Below, piece after piece: positions 17,086-26,725 of a stretch of 64,000 nucleotides of DNA. A program made the position numbers and the translations under genes. The notes under the pieces were generated by a model, which made no database searches, had not been told where the DNA came from, and saw only the letters and a list, made by a program, of their open reading frames with translations. The DNA is taken from IMG/VR virus record IMGVR_UViG_3300033997_000092, positions 1 through 64,000 of that record; one strand, 5' to 3'. Each line of letters opens with the position of its first letter. The stretch's first letter is position 1.

Positions 17086-18345
17086 TTGTCCATGTCAATA
17101 ATGTTACTTCACGCTGTATTCAATTCTATGGAAGTTCACCTGCCTCACATAGCAAAGTCTAGTGTTAAACCTGGCACAGAATACTTTAGTGCTAGGATGC
17201 GTTCGATGCCTGCAGGTTTTCTAATTAGCCGTAATCTGGAAGATACTATCAAATCCGGAAAAGAACTGGATTATGACAAAGGTTTTCAGCGGCCTCAGAT
17301 GTTCTTACACAATCTGCAGGACCATGTAACACGTACAATCAAACGTATCGTAAACAAAACATCAGTGACAGGAAATCCGCCTATGTTTTTGCGGTCTGTA
17401 GATCTTACTGATTATCTACAAGCCGTAGATGTACGTGGCGGTCCTGGCTCTCTTAAATTCGGCAGACATGGTGAAATACATAACGCGGACAGCTATGTGC
17501 AAAAGCATATCCGTATCCAGGCCGCTGTTATGGCAGAACACACCTCAGCTTTACGTGAACTGTTATTGTTTGCAGGCCACAGCTTTGACAATGCACAGTA
17601 TAGCCAAACAAACGATGCCGAAGCGCATGGAATTATAGCTTACACCGTTATGACTATAGCTTTGAATCTGATTCGCAACTCAGAGACAATCAAATTTCTG
17701 AATCCGGAAGTGGCAGCAAATGTGAAGTCCATGTGCAGCAGAATTGAATCAGGTTTTGGCCAATTCGCAAATATGTATGCCGCTTTTGGCTACAATATGC
17801 GACGTATGACACCGACAGATGCGTGGGCGTGGACAGGATACTTAACAAGTTCGGAAATCTTTTTATCGAATGCGTATAAGTCCATGATGGAGTACGCAGA
17901 CTCCGCACAATTCAAAACATTGAAGATTGCTTTAGGTAGCCAACTGGAACAGTTCCTGATGTTAGTGAGTGTGGATGCAATGGCACCGCAAACACTACAT
18001 AAGACAACAGAGCAATTGTTGGAAAAACAATTCAATGCTATACACGTTAAGCTCTTGGACGCACAGCTAAAACACAATCTCGTCAACGGCTGGCGTATGC
18101 CTAGCGCGAAGAATTTAGCTAAGTCTGGTGATGGCCGTTTCTTCACAGATGCTAAAACGTGTGCTATTGCATTGGTGCACCACATGCACAAAGGTGACTT
18201 GCAAGACATAATCATCTATTCTATGTACTTGCAGGAGTTGCTTGCCGAAGAAGGTAAATCGCTGTCTGATGTTATAGAAAAATGTAATACCCGTACACCA
18301 AAAGGTAGTAAGGTATCTGATATAAAATGGCGTGTAAAGGAGTAG
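17086..18345 (+). CDS. hypothetical protein with a possible all-alpha NTP-pyrophosphatase-like C-terminal domain
   Basis: 419 aa; C-terminal AQLKH...GW...HHMHKGDLQDIIIY pattern. Confidence 0.6.
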   Translation: MSMSIMLLHAVFNSMEVHLPHIAKSSVKPGTEYFSARMRSMPAGFLISRNLEDTIKSGKELDYDKGFQRPQMFLHNLQDHVTRTIKRIVNKTSVTGNPPMFLRSVDLTDYLQAVDVRGGPGSLKFGRHGEIHNADSYVQKHIRIQAAVMAEHTSALRELLLFAGHSFDNAQYSQTNDAEAHGIIAYTVMTIALNLIRNSETIKFLNPEVAANVKSMCSRIESGFGQFANMYAAFGYNMRRMTPTDAWAWTGYLTSSEIFLSNAYKSMMEYADSAQFKTLKIALGSQLEQFLMLVSVDAMAPQTLHKTTEQLLEKQFNAIHVKLLDAQLKHNLVNGWRMPSAKNLAKSGDGRFFTDAKTCAIALVHHMHKGDLQDIIIYSMYLQELLAEEGKSLSDVIEKCNTRTPKGSKVSDIKWRVKE

Positions 18346-18348
18346 TAC

Positions 18349-18765
18349 ATGGCGCGCAATACAAATATGTTTAAGTTTCTAATGGCCACATCAGTATACA
18401 CAGCTACGAAAATTGGCTGGGTAGGTAAAAATGACCGTAAGCATATTCGTTTCGTGCGTACTGAGTTTGCTAAAAACCACATTAAGAAGGACGGTGTTGT
18501 TGTCAAAGATTCAGGCGTACTGAAATTGAACAACGGCCGTCCTCTTATGTGGATGGATGTACTACGCTATCTTGAACATGGAACAGTCTCAGCTATGATG
18601 TGGGCATTCTTTGCCGACTTGTATCAAAGGCTGTTGCTGTCAGGTGACTATTCACGGGACCAAATACTGTTTAACACAGACGGCTATACTTTGAGCATGG
18701 CAGACATTATAGATTTTGCCAATTACTATAGCTTCGATTTACTCAGTGAGGTACCAGAACTGTGA
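18349..18765 (+). CDS. hypothetical protein
   Basis: AAGGAG RBS. Confidence 0.75.
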   Translation: MARNTNMFKFLMATSVYTATKIGWVGKNDRKHIRFVRTEFAKNHIKKDGVVVKDSGVLKLNNGRPLMWMDVLRYLEHGTVSAMMWAFFADLYQRLLLSGDYSRDQILFNTDGYTLSMADIIDFANYYSFDLLSEVPEL

Positions 18766-19616
18766 CAGTACGCAGCCCGTTAGCATATCAGGGATCAAAG
18801 TGGTCCCTGATACCTTCACTGTTAGCCGAATTTGATAGTGTTAGAAACTTGTATGATGTGTTCGGTGGTTCGGCTACAGTATCTATAAATGCAGTAGGAC
18901 ATGCAAAGCGCGTGTACTATAATGACCACGATGAAAGAGTCGTGGATATCCTAATTACCTTAAGTGATATGGGGCCGAAGAAAGTAATATCTAGGCTTGA
19001 TGCAGTTATTAAGAAGCACGGTCTAGGTAGAACTAAAGCACACAGGTCAGCATACTTCGCTTTCCGTGATTACTACAACCGTAAGCCAAATCCATTCTTG
19101 CTGTGGGTATTGAGCAAACACAGCTTCTCCAGTTTGATTCGTTTTTCAAGCAAAGGTTTCAATTTGCCTTTTGGCAAACGAAGTCCTGGGAAATCTGAAC
19201 AACGCGATAGAGAACTGACCGAATCTATATCACGATTGCAATTGGTCAATTTATCATGCTGTACTTACTTGCAGTTTGTGAAGCGATATTACAAACGGGC
19301 CAAGCCCAATGACTTGTTCTATTTTGACCCTCCATATTTGGCAAGTGGGGATAACGTGTATAAGGGCACCTGGACGGAACAAGACGATCTCAAACTAATG
19401 CAGCTATTAGATTTCCTTGACAGTAAAGGCTTGCGCTGGATGTTGAGCAATGTGACGGAACACAGAGGCAGAATCAACAAGCCGTTAAAGAAGTGGATGA
19501 AGAAATACAACGTAAAATATCCTACGTTTAACAGGTCAGGTGAAGGCTATATACTGAATAGGGCAACAACGTCAGATCCAAATAAGACTGTTGAAGTTTT
19601 GATAACCAACTACTGA
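18762..19616 (+). CDS. dam: Dam-family (D12 class) DNA adenine methyltransferase
   Basis: SPLAYQGSK, DVFGGSATV (SAM binding) and YFDPPY (catalytic). The target sequence was not determined. Confidence 0.88.
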   Translation: MTVRSPLAYQGSKWSLIPSLLAEFDSVRNLYDVFGGSATVSINAVGHAKRVYYNDHDERVVDILITLSDMGPKKVISRLDAVIKKHGLGRTKAHRSAYFAFRDYYNRKPNPFLLWVLSKHSFSSLIRFSSKGFNLPFGKRSPGKSEQRDRELTESISRLQLVNLSCCTYLQFVKRYYKRAKPNDLFYFDPPYLASGDNVYKGTWTEQDDLKLMQLLDFLDSKGLRWMLSNVTEHRGRINKPLKKWMKKYNVKYPTFNRSGEGYILNRATTSDPNKTVEVLITNY

Positions 19617-19623
19617 GAATAGT

Positions 19624-20109
19624 ATGGACATAAAACTATATGAAAAAGATGATGTGTACTATGCAGCAAAGCTGGCATTGAAACACAGACTGTATGTTCC
19701 TAAAAATGAGTGGCAACTGCAAACACTGTTGAGAACAATAGTTCAACAGCGATACCGCCTTGAAGACAGCAAGATTTTCATAGCGTTAGCTTTTGAAAAC
19801 GAAGTTCCTGTAGGTGTTTGCTTGCTTTACAGGCAGCAAAGAAAGTCAGTTACCTTTTACGAAATTTCTGTATTCGTCCGTAAGACATTGAGAGGTAAAG
19901 GAATAGGCAAGGCACTTGTCGATACTGCACTGACCAAGTGCCCGAAGTCGTATAGAGTGTATGCAACAAGTGGCATAGATGGAAGTGTAAACTTCTTCAA
20001 GAAAGCCTCGCAACGTATAGGAGTGTACACGTATGTCACAACACAAAACGCTAGATATGTTAAAAACGCAGAAACAATTCCATCTAAAGCGGCTGGCAGC
20101 GTTTCGTGA
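19624..20109 (+). CDS. GNAT acetyltransferase
   Basis: SVFVRKTLRGKGIGKALV acetyl-CoA motif A. Confidence 0.85.
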   Translation: MDIKLYEKDDVYYAAKLALKHRLYVPKNEWQLQTLLRTIVQQRYRLEDSKIFIALAFENEVPVGVCLLYRQQRKSVTFYEISVFVRKTLRGKGIGKALVDTALTKCPKSYRVYATSGIDGSVNFFKKASQRIGVYTYVTTQNARYVKNAETIPSKAAGSVS

Positions 20110-20542
20110 GAAGTTCCCACAAGTATCTGAAGAAGGTAAGGTACTTGTAACAGGTACCAATCGCCAAGAAGACCTTATCCAACAGGCCTTGATAAATTTC
20201 AATATAACCAGAAAGCAAATCCTGTTCCGTGATATAGAGTCTGGCTTCTTCATCAGAGGTTACACTTTTCCTGTTGAAGGTAATGAGCAAATTGAGATTG
20301 ATTTCGGACTCAATATAGGGCCTGGTCGTTATGCTTATATGCAGTCACACGGCTCGTATCATGAAGGCCTCGTTTACATCCAACGCTATTCTAAAGCTGG
20401 CCATCACGATTTAGGCAATGTGCAGATAGGAACAAGGAATGATTTTGTTTCCTGTGTGTATGTGGATATCAATACAATGGTACATGAAGATGTGTTCCAG
20501 ATGATATTCGATTTTGACCAACTTGAAATACTGAGCTATTGA
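20057..20542 (+). CDS. hypothetical protein
   Basis: ORF between the GNAT and the phosphoesterase; start uncertain. Confidence 0.65.
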   Translation: MLKTQKQFHLKRLAAFREKFPQVSEEGKVLVTGTNRQEDLIQQALINFNITRKQILFRDIESGFFIRGYTFPVEGNEQIEIDFGLNIGPGRYAYMQSHGSYHEGLVYIQRYSKAGHHDLGNVQIGTRNDFVSCVYVDINTMVHEDVFQMIFDFDQLEILSY

Positions 20543-20543
20543 A

Positions 20544-21086
20544 ATGCTGACATTATTCGCAGGTGATTTACATCTAGGCTCCAACAATGTAGTTAAATTC
20601 CGCAATCAGTTCAAAACAGTCGAAGAACACGACCAGACTATCGTAAATAACATCATGGAGTGTTTGAATAAACGATCACTTTTGTACCTTTTAGGCGATG
20701 TCTGTATGTCAGCAGAAGCACTGGCTTACATAGATATGTTCCGTTCTACTGGTGCCCGTGTTGTATTGATTGGCGGTAACCACTGCACTGACAAAGTATC
20801 TATGCAGATGTTGAGTAGTGCATTCGATGATGTCCTGTTCTACAAAAACAAATACGGCATGACAATGAGCCACATGCCTATTCACCCACAACAGCTACGA
20901 GGTAAGTTAAACCTTCATGCACATACACACGATTCCATAATTACTGATTCACGGTATCTATGTGTAAGCTTGGAGCAAATAAACTACAAGCCTATTTCAA
21001 TAGAGCAGGTGCGTGAAGTATTCTTGGCCAGAATGCGTGTCCATCTATTATCGCCTGATTATGCTCAACAGTTACGTCTGGAGTAG
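20544..21086 (+). CDS. calcineurin-like metallophosphoesterase
   Basis: DLHLG, LGDV, GGNH, HMP and HAHTH motifs. Confidence 0.88.
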   Translation: MLTLFAGDLHLGSNNVVKFRNQFKTVEEHDQTIVNNIMECLNKRSLLYLLGDVCMSAEALAYIDMFRSTGARVVLIGGNHCTDKVSMQMLSSAFDDVLFYKNKYGMTMSHMPIHPQQLRGKLNLHAHTHDSIITDSRYLCVSLEQINYKPISIEQVREVFLARMRVHLLSPDYAQQLRLE

Positions 21087-21088
21087 TT

Positions 21089-22009
21089 ATGTATTGGACA
21101 GGAATAGGGAGCAGAGAGACTCCTAAAAATATCCAAAAGTGGATGCAAGCAATTGCGTATATCATAAGCAAACAGGGCCACACATTGCGTTCTGGAAAAG
21201 CTGAAGGTGCAGACTTGGCTTTCCAACGCGGCCTTGAACTTGCCTACTTTGAAACAAAACAAGGAAAGGGCGAGATTTATTTACCTTTTGACAACTGGCA
21301 CCGTCAATATTGTTGTCTATGGGATGTGTATGTCAGATCTCCCAACAGTACACAAAAAGCTTTGAAGATTGCTTCTGAAATCCACGGAGCATGGAACAAA
21401 GTAAGAAACATATACAGACCTTACCACATCAGGAACGTATTCCAGATAATGGGTCCCAGAGTAGCAGAAGATGAATTGAGTTCTTTCGTGCTGTTTTGGG
21501 CCCCAGAAGTAAACGATGTTGTTAGCGGAGGTACTGCAACAGCCGTACACTTAGCTAGGTCGCTGAATATACCAACATTCAATATGTCTGGGTCTGGACC
21601 ACGCAGGCTATGCGCTTTCTTGCAAAGATTCAGAATCGATATTGACGAATCCAGTCTCAAGCGTGTTGTAGAAACTTTTGAATCGCTTTGGGATAAACAC
21701 TACGACAGCTATGTTGCCCATGGATATTATGATCTTGGAAGTGTTAGCGGTCGATACCAATTCAATTCAGATTGTCTGGCTGCCGTTGGTGCACAGCGTT
21801 TACCAGGACAACAATATCTAGGTAAAACAGATATTGAGCCAGTGGAATTGTTTGAACATTGGAAGAATCATAAACACCTCCACAAAGAAACCTATTCTCA
21901 ACAACTAACGCGCGCGGCTGTACGTACACTTGATTCCTATAAAGTTGTGCGTAGGAAAAGCGAGTATATGTTACGTGACACTATTCAAGACAGATTAATA
22001 GGAAGCTGA
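21089..22009 (+). CDS. SLOG (DprA/YspA-like) domain protein with a C-terminal extension
   Basis: TGIGSRETP, LRSGKAEGADLAF and GGTATAV motifs. Confidence 0.75.
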   Translation: MYWTGIGSRETPKNIQKWMQAIAYIISKQGHTLRSGKAEGADLAFQRGLELAYFETKQGKGEIYLPFDNWHRQYCCLWDVYVRSPNSTQKALKIASEIHGAWNKVRNIYRPYHIRNVFQIMGPRVAEDELSSFVLFWAPEVNDVVSGGTATAVHLARSLNIPTFNMSGSGPRRLCAFLQRFRIDIDESSLKRVVETFESLWDKHYDSYVAHGYYDLGSVSGRYQFNSDCLAAVGAQRLPGQQYLGKTDIEPVELFEHWKNHKHLHKETYSQQLTRAAVRTLDSYKVVRRKSEYMLRDTIQDRLIGS

Positions 22010-22010
22010 C

Positions 22011-22358
22011 ATGGCAAGTTCACAAACAAATAAATTCTGGTCAGGCAAAGCTTCATTGATTTCGACAACAGAAAAAGTGTCCTACTCAATGATTGTTCCT
22101 ACTAGGCTTCAGGTAGACTTTAAAAACCATTTCAACTCACATGACTATCCAAAGAACAATGTAATTCTTGGCAGCCATGAATGTATTCGTTGTGTTATCG
22201 CCAGCTTCACAGTAGAGTTTTGGTATCGCCCAGATGCGAAGCCTGGACCTTACCAAGTAAGAATAGGTGCCTTGAATGAGCGTAGTGGTGACTTGGAAAC
22301 TTTCACCGACGCAATCAAATGGTTAGAAGACGCGATACACTATTTCAGAAATTCGTGA
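22011..22358 (+). CDS. hypothetical protein
   Basis: 115-aa ORF in operon context. Confidence 0.7.
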   Translation: MASSQTNKFWSGKASLISTTEKVSYSMIVPTRLQVDFKNHFNSHDYPKNNVILGSHECIRCVIASFTVEFWYRPDAKPGPYQVRIGALNERSGDLETFTDAIKWLEDAIHYFRNS

Positions 22359-22365
22359 GGTAACT

Positions 22366-22944
22366 ATGGAAAGATATTTAGAATTGTTGAAGAAGTTGGA
22401 CCTGCGCCGTGATTATGGAACAGCAGGCTGCTTCATGGTAATGATAGCAGATTGCGACAAAGAATCGTTTGAAGCAGTTGCGGATGGTCAAATTGTTATC
22501 ATGCACAGACGCGAAAATGTGGATGATATGCTGCGTGGTATGTCAGGAATCAATTTGCTTGCTGTGTTTTCAGATAAGGGCGATGACCTATCTAAAGAAC
22601 AATATAAGCAGATAGAAGACCTGTCGGTAGAAGCCCGAAAACATCTGTTGCCTTTTTCTTTCTTCGGTGACAAAGACGAGTTGGGTATCTATATGTTTGA
22701 CATAAGCTATTTCCTGAAGAAGGAACCCGACTTTATTGATGTTGATGGTCATGAAGTCAGTGTTTCTGATGTTGTGAATATCGGCCAGTATATGTATGCA
22801 CCAACTGTTGTATTTGAAGCGTACAGTAAGGCTGACAGGTGCGAGTCACTTGGTATCTACAGTCTACCTTTACCTAGTTTCTTAGAGAAGGTAAATCGTA
22901 GTATTGTTCCTGATACTTCTGAATGCTATGTCGTTAATGTTTAG
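22366..22944 (+). CDS. acidic hypothetical protein
   Basis: GAGG RBS; 192 aa. Confidence 0.75.
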   Translation: MERYLELLKKLDLRRDYGTAGCFMVMIADCDKESFEAVADGQIVIMHRRENVDDMLRGMSGINLLAVFSDKGDDLSKEQYKQIEDLSVEARKHLLPFSFFGDKDELGIYMFDISYFLKKEPDFIDVDGHEVSVSDVVNIGQYMYAPTVVFEAYSKADRCESLGIYSLPLPSFLEKVNRSIVPDTSECYVVNV

Positions 22945-22953
22945 GAGCCTGAA

Positions 22954-23229
22954 ATGCTTTCAATCCTTAGTTTGATAACCCTGTGTGAAATGTTGAATGT
23001 TCGCTATAAGCAGCATTACTGCAATGCAAAAGCAACGGCGGCCATCATACCAAAGCCTGACGATTTGAATAAAGGAGGCAGCTTCTGCATTTGCCTTCCA
23101 TTTAGGTCAACCAGCCCTCTTGTACAAAGAGGCACTTTGGTATTCGATCATGAGGACCTTAATAAATCATTGGATGAAGTGTTTAATGAGATTAAAGGCG
23201 TCCTCGATCCACTTGTCGAAAATACATAA
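22954..23229 (+). CDS. hypothetical protein
   Basis: AGGAG RBS. Confidence 0.65.
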   Translation: MLSILSLITLCEMLNVRYKQHYCNAKATAAIIPKPDDLNKGGSFCICLPFRSTSPLVQRGTLVFDHEDLNKSLDEVFNEIKGVLDPLVENT

Positions 23230-23246
23230 CCGAGTAATAAAACCTC

Positions 23247-23280
23247 AAGGCTTAGAGTGATTTCTAAGCCTTTTCTGTTT
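23247..23280 (+). terminator. intrinsic terminator
   Basis: AAGGCTTAGA-GTGATT-TCTAAGCCTT followed by TTCTGTTT. Confidence 0.75.
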
Positions 23281-23324
23281 CTGTAAATCCTATGTTATAA
23301 GAGCATCAACAAGGAAATATAACT

Positions 23325-23984
23325 ATGCTACGTGCAATCAAAGGCAGCATTATTCGGCCATTGCCATCAGACCTACCCGCCCAAACATTCAAAGTGGAGA
23401 AGCGTCCGGAGTACGTGGCATTCCTGTTAGATGAAGCTGAGTTCCGCAAAACGAAAGGAATCATGCGTCACCACGGAACAGTGTTCTTGCTTGATCAAGG
23501 CCACGACTGGTTCTTTGATGAAAAAGCCAATACTATTCGTGTGTATATGGACCAAGAAAATCCACTGCCTGTATTAGTTGGCTACAAAGTTAAACGCACT
23601 GAACTACAAAATCATCCTATTGTAATAGATGGTGATAGATTCATCGATGACTTTACGCCAAGCAAAGAACTGAAATCGTTGGAAGCCGAGTGGTCACGCA
23701 ATACTTCACTGTGGTTCAGTACAGACATAGTAGTCAAAGCTGTTGTCACTACGCTGTTTGGACGGCCTGTCTCAACAGGTAAAATCGACAGTGTGCTGTT
23801 TCCACACAAAAAGATCTGCAAGAAACGAATCAAGTCTTCTGGAACGCTGGAGAATTGTGTTGAGACAATACACAGTGCTGTTGCCGAACTGGACATAGAG
23901 TATATGTCCGTTCCTGAGATTAACTTCAGTAGCAATAAAGGCAAGTTCCGTGCGGAGGTTGTAATTGAATACATTACTAGGTAG
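23325..23984 (+). CDS. hypothetical protein
   Basis: AAGGA RBS; 219 aa. Confidence 0.75.
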   Translation: MLRAIKGSIIRPLPSDLPAQTFKVEKRPEYVAFLLDEAEFRKTKGIMRHHGTVFLLDQGHDWFFDEKANTIRVYMDQENPLPVLVGYKVKRTELQNHPIVIDGDRFIDDFTPSKELKSLEAEWSRNTSLWFSTDIVVKAVVTTLFGRPVSTGKIDSVLFPHKKICKKRIKSSGTLENCVETIHSAVAELDIEYMSVPEINFSSNKGKFRAEVVIEYITR

Positions 23985-24576
23985 CTACGAGCGTATCCTA
24001 TTCCTTGATATTTGTGATGTATTGAATACACACGGAACTTTCTTGCAGCAAACCAACGTATGTCTAGGTAAGTTGAAAGGCGATGTCATTGATAGGAACC
24101 GTGGACTAGCACTGTCACGTATTCTACGACATGCCGAACGCACAGGTAATCCTGTCCACGTAATCGGTGTATCTTCCTGGTTTTCATCATCACAGGAAAT
24201 GACTGAGCAAGACAAAGAATTCTTAAAGCGGTTTGACAATGAGTTAGGTCTGAAAATCAGCGAACTTAGTTGTATGACAGGAGGCGGTACAAGCAGGACA
24301 AAAGGAATACTTGACTTGCTTGTAAAGCATAAGCCAAAATACTGGTGTATATTAGATGACCAAGATCACTGGAATCAGCCAAGCCATCCATTCTATGATA
24401 GCAAACCGTACTATGATATTGGCTTACATCATGTTCAGCCGCAACGCTTTGCAATGAACGATAATCACTTTGAGCAACTTGTTGAAGTGCTTGCGTTGGT
24501 CCAATCCAACTATCAAAAGCGTAATGTGTTTACGTACCATTATGACTACAGCAAAAGGAAAGAATCAGATGAATAG
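23965..24576 (+). CDS. HAD-superfamily protein (HAD_SAK_2-like)
   Basis: ILFLDICDVLN, VIGVSSW and WCILDD motifs; TTG start after GGAGG. Confidence 0.72.
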   Translation: MNTLLGSYERILFLDICDVLNTHGTFLQQTNVCLGKLKGDVIDRNRGLALSRILRHAERTGNPVHVIGVSSWFSSSQEMTEQDKEFLKRFDNELGLKISELSCMTGGGTSRTKGILDLLVKHKPKYWCILDDQDHWNQPSHPFYDSKPYYDIGLHHVQPQRFAMNDNHFEQLVEVLALVQSNYQKRNVFTYHYDYSKRKESDE

Positions 24577-24997
24577 CTACCATTGTACTGGAAAAAGAGT
24601 AGTTAACGAAGACGGCACTGTAACAATGCGGTTCGGCGTTGAGAACTACAAAGGTGAGATTGTTGAACGCACAAAAGATTCACACCCATACAACTATGAT
24701 GGTTTTCTGATCTGGAAGACTATGGACCACAAACTGTGTACAGGTAGTGTGTATACAGACCGCTTGTTTCAGTGGGACTACAGACTTACCACCGATCTTA
24801 TACAAAAGCACTTCAATACAAGCTCGCAGTATTTTGATAAGTACAGTCCAAAGCAGTTGCAGGAATTCTTGCGTGAAAGGCTAGATATGCCCAATCTGGA
24901 AGTCGTATTCTTGCAGGAAGAATGCAATCAGGCATCAGGATATCCATTGTGGTACATTGGCTATAGAAACGTCGAAGTTGAAGGAGAGCAAGCATGA
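24569..24997 (+). CDS. hypothetical phage protein
   Basis: ATG at 24569 after AAGGA; ends with ECNQASGYPLWY. Confidence 0.75.
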   Translation: MNSYHCTGKRVVNEDGTVTMRFGVENYKGEIVERTKDSHPYNYDGFLIWKTMDHKLCTGSVYTDRLFQWDYRLTTDLIQKHFNTSSQYFDKYSPKQLQEFLRERLDMPNLEVVFLQEECNQASGYPLWYIGYRNVEVEGEQA

Positions 24998-26190
24998 ACA
25001 AAAAACAAATATTCGTAGTGTATCACGCAAAATGTACTGACGGACTGTTTGCTGCTGCTTCGGTGAAAATGTACTTAGATCCGTTTTATGAAAACAAGGC
25101 AGACATCAAGTACATTCCCATGGACTACGACGAATCGGAAAATTTTGTGGCAAACGGCGCTATCGTCATTGCTGTCGATTTCAGTTTCAGCCCAAACAAG
25201 GTCCGTGTGTTGTTAGACAACAATAACTCGTTGTTGATTATCGATCACCATAAGTCTGCCTTTGAAAAACTGATTCCTGTTGCCAAAGAACTGGACATTG
25301 ATGTTGTTGAAGATATAGATTCGTTCTGCAATAAAGTCAATTGGTTCTCCGAAGACAAAGATTCCCTGAAAGGCGATGCGGCCTGGCTATTAGAAGATTT
25401 GCCTAAGTACAACCTGTTTGTTTTTAACAAAGAACATTCAGGTGCCACGTTAGCATTCAGGATATTCAGAGCATTGAGTTATAACACGCATGATGTTCCT
25501 GAAGAACGACGCGAGAAGGAAATTCCATTAGCTTTGCAGTACGTGGAAGATCGTGACCTGTGGAGAAAGCAATTACCTGACACCGACGCGGTATCAGCTT
25601 ATTTAAAATCAGAAGTAAACTCTATCAATGACGCATACTCTTTGATACTCAGACCTGCAATAGGTTCAGGCTGGTTTAAAGACGCAGTTTCTAAAGGTGA
25701 GTACATTCTGAAAGGTTTAGACTCGGTTACTGAAAGCCAGCTGGAATCCAGTCTGCATTGTGTTATGTTCTCATTCACCGAAGCGTACATACGTTCACTG
25801 TCTCCGTTCTTACTCACAACATTCCTTGACCTGAAGAAAGAGTACGGCAGGAAAGCAACACTGATTGATGATAATGTAGAAGGCATTGTTATTCCAGCCT
25901 GTATGATGCCTGGATTACTTGCATCCGATGCCTGTGTTGAGATTATGCAGTTTACTGGTACTAACCTCTCTGCTACATACAACATTGAAAGTTCAGGCTC
26001 TATAAAGTGGAGTTTCAGGTCGCGCAATACTGGACAAGGCAAAGCATATGCCTTAGCTTCTATTTTGGGAGGCGGCGGTCATTTGAATTCAGGAGGTGCC
26101 TACACGCGCTTAGGAAAACAAGCTGAGACCTCTTTTTTCTTCGGTACAAAGTCATTGCGTCTGGTGCAGATATTCAGAATAGGTGAATAG
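24994..26190 (+). CDS. DHH/DHHA1 phosphoesterase (NrnB/oligoribonuclease-like)
   Basis: YHAKCTDG, VDFS, IIDHH, DRDLW, SFRS and GGGGH motifs. Confidence 0.85.
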   Translation: MNKKQIFVVYHAKCTDGLFAAASVKMYLDPFYENKADIKYIPMDYDESENFVANGAIVIAVDFSFSPNKVRVLLDNNNSLLIIDHHKSAFEKLIPVAKELDIDVVEDIDSFCNKVNWFSEDKDSLKGDAAWLLEDLPKYNLFVFNKEHSGATLAFRIFRALSYNTHDVPEERREKEIPLALQYVEDRDLWRKQLPDTDAVSAYLKSEVNSINDAYSLILRPAIGSGWFKDAVSKGEYILKGLDSVTESQLESSLHCVMFSFTEAYIRSLSPFLLTTFLDLKKEYGRKATLIDDNVEGIVIPACMMPGLLASDACVEIMQFTGTNLSATYNIESSGSIKWSFRSRNTGQGKAYALASILGGGGHLNSGGAYTRLGKQAETSFFFGTKSLRLVQIFRIGE

Positions 26191-26191
26191 A

Positions 26192-26725
26192 ATGGCAAAG
26201 AAATATCATGGACGTGCTTTTCTGTGTCCTTCTCCTAGCACTAACAGCGTGTCGTGGGAAACTTATATCAAAGATTTTCCTGATACTGTTGGCCAAGCGT
26301 TTTATGGCAAACTAACTATCTGCTGGTCAGGTAAATTGATAGGCTTCCATAGTTATTCCGAAGATGGTGTACGTGGATTCGAGAACTTCTTGGATAAATT
26401 GCGTCAGATAGATACTGCACTGTGTCATTACCGTAGTTTGATTGAGACTGGATTTCACGGTAGAAGTTTGGTCGACTTGAATGAAAATACAAACAACCAT
26501 TTCTCTGGTACTGTATTCATCAACAGGTCGAAAGTTCCTTCTACAGGAGAGTTATTGTCGATTCTTGAATTTGCTTCGTGCAAGGAAAAGATCCGTATTC
26601 ACAGCGGTGACGACGAAAAAGCAATGCTTAAAACATTGGATATTTTACGGCGTGAACTCAGTCGCTTAACAGGCGCGTGTAGCCAAGTACAATACCAGTA
26701 CAAGAAATTAAAGGGTGTGTTATGA
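26192..26725 (+). CDS. hypothetical protein
   Basis: ATG right after the upstream stop. Confidence 0.7.
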   Translation: MAKKYHGRAFLCPSPSTNSVSWETYIKDFPDTVGQAFYGKLTICWSGKLIGFHSYSEDGVRGFENFLDKLRQIDTALCHYRSLIETGFHGRSLVDLNENTNNHFSGTVFINRSKVPSTGELLSILEFASCKEKIRIHSGDDEKAMLKTLDILRRELSRLTGACSQVQYQYKKLKGVL

